DNA of 29,475 nt from a virus (Duplodnaviria; Caudoviricetes). The stretch is taken from IMG/VR virus record IMGVR_UViG_3300044568_004725, positions 1 through 29,475 of that record; one strand, given 5' to 3'. Of the stretch, positions 22,830-29,475 are shown piece by piece. The notes under the pieces were generated by a model that saw only the letters and a program-made list of their open reading frames with translations, had not been told where the DNA came from and ran no database searches. Numbering within the stretch: the stretch's first letter is position 1; each line of letters begins with the position of its first letter. Made by a program: the position numbers and the translations under genes.

Positions 22830-25800
22830 TGGCTGAACAAAATATTGAATCTTTAACATCCGGTTCTCGTACTCCATCTTTTTTAGTCGGTGTAACTATA
22901 GAAAGAAAAGACGGAAAGGGAATTTTTGATTTGTTTTCAAATCAAAGCATAGGAAAGGGAAATGAACTATTAACTGAAATTAAAATAGTTCAAAGTATAT
23001 TTAATCCCTATATTTCTGGTTACATTGAATTATATGACAAAGGTGATTGGGTAGGCGAACTGAATATAACTGGTTTTGAAACAATAACATTTAAATTTGG
23101 TGCAGATGCAGAATCTCAAAAAACCAAAGAAGTAAAAGCAAGAATTTACGAAATAAAACTAATAAATGATTTAACTCGTTCTCCTAAATTAAATGTTATT
23201 GAAAAAGCAAATTTATATAGATTAGAGTTCATGTCTGAACAGATATTTGATTCTCAATTTACAGAAAATTTCCTACAGAATAAAGATTTCGTTGGAGTAA
23301 TTTCCAAATCAACAGAATCGAATTCCAAGATCAAAGGTCTGATAAATGAAATTTCAGATAAGTACAATCTAAAACCAATAGAAATTCAAGAAACACAAAA
23401 CGGCGTTTGGATCAAAAAAGACGAAATATCAATTTCAGTTAGTAATGAAAAAGGACAATTTGAAATTGTACATCTATTAAATTATGTTACAAATTATGCT
23501 ATTTCTCCAGAAAATCCATATGCTGTTAATTTCTTCTTTTGGCAAGATACAGATGGTTGGCATTTTAAATCGATAGAAAAATTAATAAACGAACAAAAAG
23601 ATAAAAGTGATGACGAACTAACTTACTTTGTTCTTGGGACTGAAGATGAAGTAGATCCAAAAAGAGTAAGATCGATGGTTGTCAACAACCAATACAATTC
23701 TTTAAGTCTACTAAACGATAGAACACTTACTAGTTTTTACAAAAGAATAGAACCCGACTTTACTAATCCATATTCCGATTTCTTAAGTTCCTCTGATGGA
23801 TTCACATATGATATTATAGATTATGACTATCATCGAGACTTCAATAAAGTATCCCACATAGAATCTAATAAATTAGTATCTGAGTCATTAGATACCAAAT
23901 CATTACATAAGGGCTCATATAATTCTCTGACCCGTTTGTATGATGATCTTAGTTCGTTCTATGACTCTAAAAAATATAATACTCCATTTCAGCACTGGAT
24001 ACAACAATCTGCCGAGCGTGGATTTGGTGCAAGACCAGACCAAACAGCAACCATTTGGTGGGATTATCTAGGAAGAACCGCCGATTCTAGATGGTCGAAT
24101 GTAACATGGCAAGCTCAATTTGATCTGTGCGAGTTGGATTTCTTAAAGTTCAATGACATATACACTAAGATAAGAGAACCATTAAAGAGCAAACGTGAAC
24201 TATTCAGTCACAAAAAGAATATAAAAAGAAAATGGGAAGCGTATAGATGTGCAGTATGTTGTCTTGGATCTTCTAATTATGGTGGAACTGGTGATATTAA
24301 ATTACTGAATGAATTCCGAGATACGAGTGGAATTACTTTCAATATTCTATTCGGCGCTACTGGTATATTTTCGGATGTTGGTACTGAGTATAAAATTGCT
24401 GCGGCAGGATCATTTACTGATGCGGTTAACTATGATATCAGAGATACTAAGAGCGAAAATGGTCTGACTCTTTCTTATGATTTCACCAAGGAACCATATA
24501 ATAAAACAATTGGTGAATTCTATAATATCAAAGAAGAAATACCAAACTTTGTTAAGTATTCATTAGAACAAAGTATTGCTCTTTATGACCAAGCAATTTC
24601 TTTTTACGACAAAAGAATACAAATAATTCAATCATTCTTGGATAATGCAGATGATTATATTTCTTCTGCAAACTCTTATATTGCACAGAATACAAAGAAT
24701 AGTCCAATCACTGGTGAGCCAATTGATCCGACAACCGGTCCGACTCTTCAAACTACATGGAACGGTCCAAAGGAATTTCCATTCAATCCAGAACCACCTG
24801 TATTTTATGCTCCTTGGATGTCTGGAACTCCGTTTCCATATAGACAACTACAAGAGGGAACATCTCTTTCATCCTATAATTATGTTGATGGTTTGGAATA
24901 TATTTACGACGATGACCTTAAAATTATTGGTATAAAAAATAAACCAACCAAACCAATACCTGATTTTGTTAGTAGATGCTCTAAAGAAAAATATATGCCA
25001 GGAACGGCACATATTGTAAGAAATTTAGATACATTTAGACTGACAAACTACGGATCAGGTACAAATCAAACATTTGCCGATGAAGTTTTCTTTATAGAAC
25101 CATTAAAATACAACATTTCAACTAGTGGTATTTTAGAGGGTCTATATTACAATCAATTGAGTAATGATCCGTATTCTGTGCCTGATGGAATAGAATCACA
25201 ATACGAAGAAGCATCTAGGAGTCTAAGACAGTGCATTGACGACGGAAACTGTTTCAATACATTATGTTTTGAACCTCTGATAATAGAAATTCAAAAACGA
25301 ATAGGTGAGCAGGAAATACAAATTATAAAATTTGAAAGAGATTTATACGTTTATCTCAGAAATTTGGCAAGAGATACCTTCATACCAAAATGGAAAGAGA
25401 TGTATTCTGAGTGGTGGAATAGAAAAGCATTCTTTATTTCCAAACCAGTTGGAACTAGTATTTTTACTGGAATAACTGGAGGTAGACAAAATAAATTAAT
25501 TCAACCACTTTCCTTACAAAATATAAAATCAATAAAGAGAAAAGAAATAAAAGGAAGCAGATACGAAATACTAGCAAAGTCTAAATTGGGTATAACTGGT
25601 GCTTCGGCCGGCCAGTGGTTATACGATATTTACTTTGCAAATAATGCAGAAAATAATCCAAATGACTATAAACCAGAAAATGGAAAAACATGGTGGGAAA
25701 AAGAAAACAATCACCCATATTATAGTCAGGGATATGACACACGATATGGTAAATCTGCATTTGTTACAAAAAGAAAATTAAATTATTGGTATGAATATTA

Positions 25801-27862
25801 CGATGCAAATCCTTTAAATAATAAACCATGGCAGACCGATAATGTTCTACCACTAAGCGACAGACAACAAAAACAAACCGCCTTTGTTATAGCAACAGAA
25901 AAACAAATGGAAGGTTTAGATTTAAATATCACTAATTTGGGATATGCATTAACTCATCTAGAATATATGCAACCTATAGTCGAAGATGATTTTATAAATG
26001 CATTTAATATTTTTGATGAAAATATATCTGAAAAGAAACCACCTAATATTAAAAAGGAAGAAATAAGTTCATATGTAAGAATAGAATTTATTAGTCCAAT
26101 AGGTCTGGATCGAATTGCTGATTTCCCAGATGGATTTGTTCGTGATTCAGGTTCCGAATATTTCTTACCATATCTTGTTCAATTAACTGCCGGACCAAAT
26201 GGAAGACAAACAGTAAGAAATAACATTGCCATTATTGGTATGGATCCATATGGATTTGATGTTGCAGTTAAGAAACAAAAAATAGAAAATAGGTACGAAG
26301 CAAGAGAATATTCTTGGTGGAACAAATACTCACCCATTAATTTTGGTTCAGATTTGAGCGATGCTGGTATGGATCTTTGGCCAGAACAAGGTTTTAATGT
26401 AGAGACTCCGTATTATACAACAGATATAGAAACAAGTATACCCCAAGTCAAAGATGGATATTCTTTTGAATATTATTATTGGGAACGTGGTGGACCAAAT
26501 TCAAAAAATCCGGGATTTGAATCAAAGGGTATAGACTCTCAATATAAGCAAACTGCTCTAGGTAGTGGTTATTTGATGTCTTCCCATAAAAAAATAAAAC
26601 CACATAGATCTTGGTGGTCTTTCTATATTCCGACAAATCTATTTGTTAAAAATAAATTATTCAATCCAAGTCTTGGATATGCAAGTGGTACATTAAATCA
26701 ATTTTCTTTTAATAGTTTTTATGGTTATAATTCTGATGCTTGGTTTGGTCTTGGTACATATAGAGGTCCTCTTTTAGATTATTCTGTTTCAAATAATACT
26801 AATAACTATGGTTATTGGTATAATACTAATACAAACGAACAATCAATTACTAATAACAATCGTTTTGATTCTCGCTGGATTGAACTCAATTATGGTGGAG
26901 ATACCATACAACTATTGAATGAATATGATCTTAATGGTAAATTTATTAAGAGCAGAGCACTGGATGGAGAATCCGAAAATATATTACCACACACAGATGC
27001 TTCTATAGAAGAGAAGTATCCTGAACTGAAGCAGTATTTTGCAAATGATGTTTTGCATTGGTTATCCGCCGATTATGCACTGTATAGACCCGGTTTAGTC
27101 ACAGAAGATCTATGGAAATACGATTTGAGCGGTGAAACAGATTATGGAATAATTACACCGCCCATAAATGAACCCAATTATGATCTCTTTGATCAAAATT
27201 TTGCTGCACAATTTATGGTTTATGCGAAGACAAATAATCTCTGCAATAAGTTTACCTGTGCAAATCCTTTGGGAATTACCGATTCTTCTGGTTGCTCGGA
27301 AGATAATCCATATTGCAATTGTCCGGCACAAGACCAAATGCCAATAGAACCAGAACCCACATATCTGGAACTCTATAGTCTATACAATGAAATAAGGGAA
27401 TGTGATTTAATTGAAGAGAATTTAGGCAAAGAGTATTTGGGTTGTATTTGGTCAGATCCAAATAACCCATGCAGTTGCAATTGTCCAGAAATAGGCAAAA
27501 AATTCGCAGAATATCTAAAATATACAAGAACTTATGCCACTTTCTGGGGAACTCCAGCACATGTTCCTTTAAATCGAATTGCTCTTATGAATCAGCTGTC
27601 TAGTCAACAGATGTCGATAACAGTTGCAGCAACAGATAAAGTTAAGATTGGTGACATAATTCGCATATATCACGAAAACCCACAAACACCGACGCTATAT
27701 TTAAATAGAGAAAAGGTATTAAGCGGAAAGTGGATGGTCATTGGTATGAACTACAAGTTCCTGAGAGAAACTGTGCAATATTTGGAATTAGTTCTGAGCA
27801 GAGATACATTACCCGTTTCCCCAGACATCGGAATAAGCCCAATAACGGCATTTAAGATATAA
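22829..27862 (+). CDS. very large baseplate hub (gp27/GpD-like) protein with long internal insertion
   Basis: N-terminus IVQSIFNPYISGYIELYD...FFFWQDTDGWHFKSIEKL and C-terminus ITVAATDKVKIGDII...LSGKWMV...LELVLSRD are hub-like; located after gp53. Confidence 0.7.
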   Translation: MAEQNIESLTSGSRTPSFLVGVTIERKDGKGIFDLFSNQSIGKGNELLTEIKIVQSIFNPYISGYIELYDKGDWVGELNITGFETITFKFGADAESQKTKEVKARIYEIKLINDLTRSPKLNVIEKANLYRLEFMSEQIFDSQFTENFLQNKDFVGVISKSTESNSKIKGLINEISDKYNLKPIEIQETQNGVWIKKDEISISVSNEKGQFEIVHLLNYVTNYAISPENPYAVNFFFWQDTDGWHFKSIEKLINEQKDKSDDELTYFVLGTEDEVDPKRVRSMVVNNQYNSLSLLNDRTLTSFYKRIEPDFTNPYSDFLSSSDGFTYDIIDYDYHRDFNKVSHIESNKLVSESLDTKSLHKGSYNSLTRLYDDLSSFYDSKKYNTPFQHWIQQSAERGFGARPDQTATIWWDYLGRTADSRWSNVTWQAQFDLCELDFLKFNDIYTKIREPLKSKRELFSHKKNIKRKWEAYRCAVCCLGSSNYGGTGDIKLLNEFRDTSGITFNILFGATGIFSDVGTEYKIAAAGSFTDAVNYDIRDTKSENGLTLSYDFTKEPYNKTIGEFYNIKEEIPNFVKYSLEQSIALYDQAISFYDKRIQIIQSFLDNADDYISSANSYIAQNTKNSPITGEPIDPTTGPTLQTTWNGPKEFPFNPEPPVFYAPWMSGTPFPYRQLQEGTSLSSYNYVDGLEYIYDDDLKIIGIKNKPTKPIPDFVSRCSKEKYMPGTAHIVRNLDTFRLTNYGSGTNQTFADEVFFIEPLKYNISTSGILEGLYYNQLSNDPYSVPDGIESQYEEASRSLRQCIDDGNCFNTLCFEPLIIEIQKRIGEQEIQIIKFERDLYVYLRNLARDTFIPKWKEMYSEWWNRKAFFISKPVGTSIFTGITGGRQNKLIQPLSLQNIKSIKRKEIKGSRYEILAKSKLGITGASAGQWLYDIYFANNAENNPNDYKPENGKTWWEKENNHPYYSQGYDTRYGKSAFVTKRKLNYWYEYYDANPLNNKPWQTDNVLPLSDRQQKQTAFVIATEKQMEGLDLNITNLGYALTHLEYMQPIVEDDFINAFNIFDENISEKKPPNIKKEEISSYVRIEFISPIGLDRIADFPDGFVRDSGSEYFLPYLVQLTAGPNGRQTVRNNIAIIGMDPYGFDVAVKKQKIENRYEAREYSWWNKYSPINFGSDLSDAGMDLWPEQGFNVETPYYTTDIETSIPQVKDGYSFEYYYWERGGPNSKNPGFESKGIDSQYKQTALGSGYLMSSHKKIKPHRSWWSFYIPTNLFVKNKLFNPSLGYASGTLNQFSFNSFYGYNSDAWFGLGTYRGPLLDYSVSNNTNNYGYWYNTNTNEQSITNNNRFDSRWIELNYGGDTIQLLNEYDLNGKFIKSRALDGESENILPHTDASIEEKYPELKQYFANDVLHWLSADYALYRPGLVTEDLWKYDLSGETDYGIITPPINEPNYDLFDQNFAAQFMVYAKTNNLCNKFTCANPLGITDSSGCSEDNPYCNCPAQDQMPIEPEPTYLELYSLYNEIRECDLIEENLGKEYLGCIWSDPNNPCSCNCPEIGKKFAEYLKYTRTYATFWGTPAHVPLNRIALMNQLSSQQMSITVAATDKVKIGDIIRIYHENPQTPTLYLNREKVLSGKWMVIGMNYKFLRETVQYLELVLSRDTLPVSPDIGISPITAFKI

Positions 27863-27865
27863 ATA
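27858..27865 (+). promoter_or_regulatory. T4-type late promoter TATAAATA
   Basis: Exact consensus, 6 nt before the gp25 ATG. Confidence 0.7.
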
Positions 27866-27871
27866 TAAGAA

Positions 27872-28258
27872 ATGAAAATAATACAGAACAATTTTTCAGA
27901 TCTTCCGATGTTTTTAAGTAAAAATTTCTTTACTAAAGATATAAATTTGAAAAAAGATGCAATGTGCATCAAAGAATCCGTTAAAAATATCATATTGACT
28001 AGATCTGGTGAAAGACCATTTGATTTAAATTTTACCGGATATATCTACGATCTATTGTTTGAAAATATTATTGATTCCCAGTTGGCACAATACAAAGTAC
28101 ATATAGCAAACATAATTGGTCTATATGAATCCAGAGTTAGCGTAACTGATGTCATAATAGAAAGCACAAATTTTAATGTGGATATAGAGATAATATACAA
28201 GATTATAAATTTTGAGAAGATAGATAGCGTCAAATTAAGCATTGAGAGGACTCGTTAA
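27872..28258 (+). CDS. gp25: T4 gp25-like baseplate wedge subunit
   Basis: FSDL...IKESVKNIILTRSGERPF...LLFEN...YESRV...LSIERTR. Confidence 0.92.
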   Translation: MKIIQNNFSDLPMFLSKNFFTKDINLKKDAMCIKESVKNIILTRSGERPFDLNFTGYIYDLLFENIIDSQLAQYKVHIANIIGLYESRVSVTDVIIESTNFNVDIEIIYKIINFEKIDSVKLSIERTR

Positions 28259-29475
28259 TGGCATATCCAAATACACCACCCCAATTAGGAGCATTAGATT
28301 TCGATAGCATAAAATCGAATCTTACTTCTTATCTAAAACAACAACCAGTAATCAAAGATTATGCATTCGAAGGTTCCGCAATGCAAACTTTGATAAATCT
28401 TCTGGCATATAATACATTCTATTATGCATATTACATGAACATGGTTTCCAGTGAAATGTTCCTAGATTCTGCACAGAGATTGGATTCCATAATTTCATTG
28501 GTTAAACCCCTTGGTTATACCGTACCTGGCCCAACCACATCAAAGTCTAAATTAATACTGACGGGTGTAACATCTACCGTTATAAGTAAACACCAGACAT
28601 TTAGCGCAATAACTTCGGATGGCGTCAACTATACTTTTTATACATTAGAAGATTATAATGTCAATACCGATGGTGCGGCAGAAATAGAAATATATGAAGG
28701 AAAAGAATTAGTTTATCTAGACAATGATGATGATGGTTTCGATGTTGAAACACTAGTTGATCTTACTCAACAAAAATATTACATACTAAACAAAAATGTA
28801 GATTTGTCTACTCTAAAGGTTGAGGTTAAAAAAGACGGAGAAACTTCTTTCTATGAATGGAAACTTTCTTCCAACATAGGATCCCCTTATGATGTAGATC
28901 AAAAAATATATTTTGTGGAACGATTAAGTGATGGATTTGCAATACAATTTGGTAAAAATAATCAATTAGGATTGGCATTAGAACTAGGAGATAAGATAAA
29001 AATAAGATATTTGACATCAAGTGGTTCTAAAGCAAATGGTATTTTTATATTTAATGTAACTAATCCCAATTTTCAATTCGGTAACTTAGTTGTCAATTTG
29101 GTGAATTCTTCGGAAGGTGGGTTGGATGAACCATCTTTGGATATGATTAAATACCTAGCACCAAAATTGTTTTCTGCTCAAGGCAGAGCAGTCACTAAAA
29201 ATGACATAAAGGCACTTTTAATTGAAGCGCAAAAGGTAAATAGCATAAATGAATTTTCTGTATTTGGTGGAGAAGAACTATATCCTCCTAGATACGGAAG
29301 AGTATTTGTTTCTCTAAGACCCGGCACTTCTCAGACTTCCATTCAAGATATTTTGGATTTCCTAAAGGAGAGATGTGTTATAACCATTCTACCGGAATAT
29401 GTTGAACCAAAACAGTTCAATTTGTTCATGAAATATACTTTTAATTACGATAATAGATTTGCAAGTCAAAATGAT
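28258..29475 (+). CDS. gp6: T4 gp6-like baseplate wedge subunit (3' truncated by window)
   Basis: TAATG coupling; LDFDSIKSNLTSYLK...DYAFEGSAMQTLINLLAYNT...EMFLDSAQ...LGY; later AQGRAVTKND and GGEELYPPRYGRVF. Not in ORF track (no stop in window). Confidence 0.95.
   Translation, partial: MAYPNTPPQLGALDFDSIKSNLTSYLKQQPVIKDYAFEGSAMQTLINLLAYNTFYYAYYMNMVSSEMFLDSAQRLDSIISLVKPLGYTVPGPTTSKSKLILTGVTSTVISKHQTFSAITSDGVNYTFYTLEDYNVNTDGAAEIEIYEGKELVYLDNDDDGFDVETLVDLTQQKYYILNKNVDLSTLKVEVKKDGETSFYEWKLSSNIGSPYDVDQKIYFVERLSDGFAIQFGKNNQLGLALELGDKIKIRYLTSSGSKANGIFIFNVTNPNFQFGNLVVNLVNSSEGGLDEPSLDMIKYLAPKLFSAQGRAVTKNDIKALLIEAQKVNSINEFSVFGGEELYPPRYGRVFVSLRPGTSQTSIQDILDFLKERCVITILPEYVEPKQFNLFMKYTFNYDNRFASQND

Noticed and set aside
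1-29475. Stop-codon recoding as seen in some large phages
   Set aside because: Core genes are intact in code 11; TGA ends gp32 and gp33 at expected positions; no suppressor tRNA is present.

Overview
Segment of a large T4-like (myovirus) bacteriophage genome read in the standard bacterial genetic code. Bases 1-1600 are a visibly GC-rich block of small early-type genes (C-terminus of a kinase-like protein, a GP88-family Cys-rich protein, a Zn-finger protein). It ends at a terminator and a repeat-rich non-coding junction (about 1600-1860), after which the DNA is AT-rich. Bases 1860-5450 hold late-promoter (TATAAATA) genes, several starting with a T4 capsid-targeting-like peptide (MK[T/S]FxxFLxE); three of them are bracketed by an exact 24-bp inverted repeat. 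Bases 5400-13450 carry accessory genes (GMP reductase guaC, pyrimidine-dimer glycosylase-like, dCMP/cytidine deaminase-like, TraR/DksA zinc finger, HTH, Sm-like, ferritin-like) interleaved with five tRNAs (Lys-UUU, Thr-UGU, Ile-UAU, Glu-UUC, Arg-UCU) and a tmRNA, under sigma70-like promoters. The remainder is T4 core: gp33, gp32, a repeat-containing tape-measure-like gene, gp51/gp26 (apparently joined by a -1 slippery site), gp54, gp4, gp48, gp53, a 1677-aa enlarged baseplate-hub-like protein, gp25 and the start of gp6. All protein calls come from motif recognition and gene order; no database searches were run.
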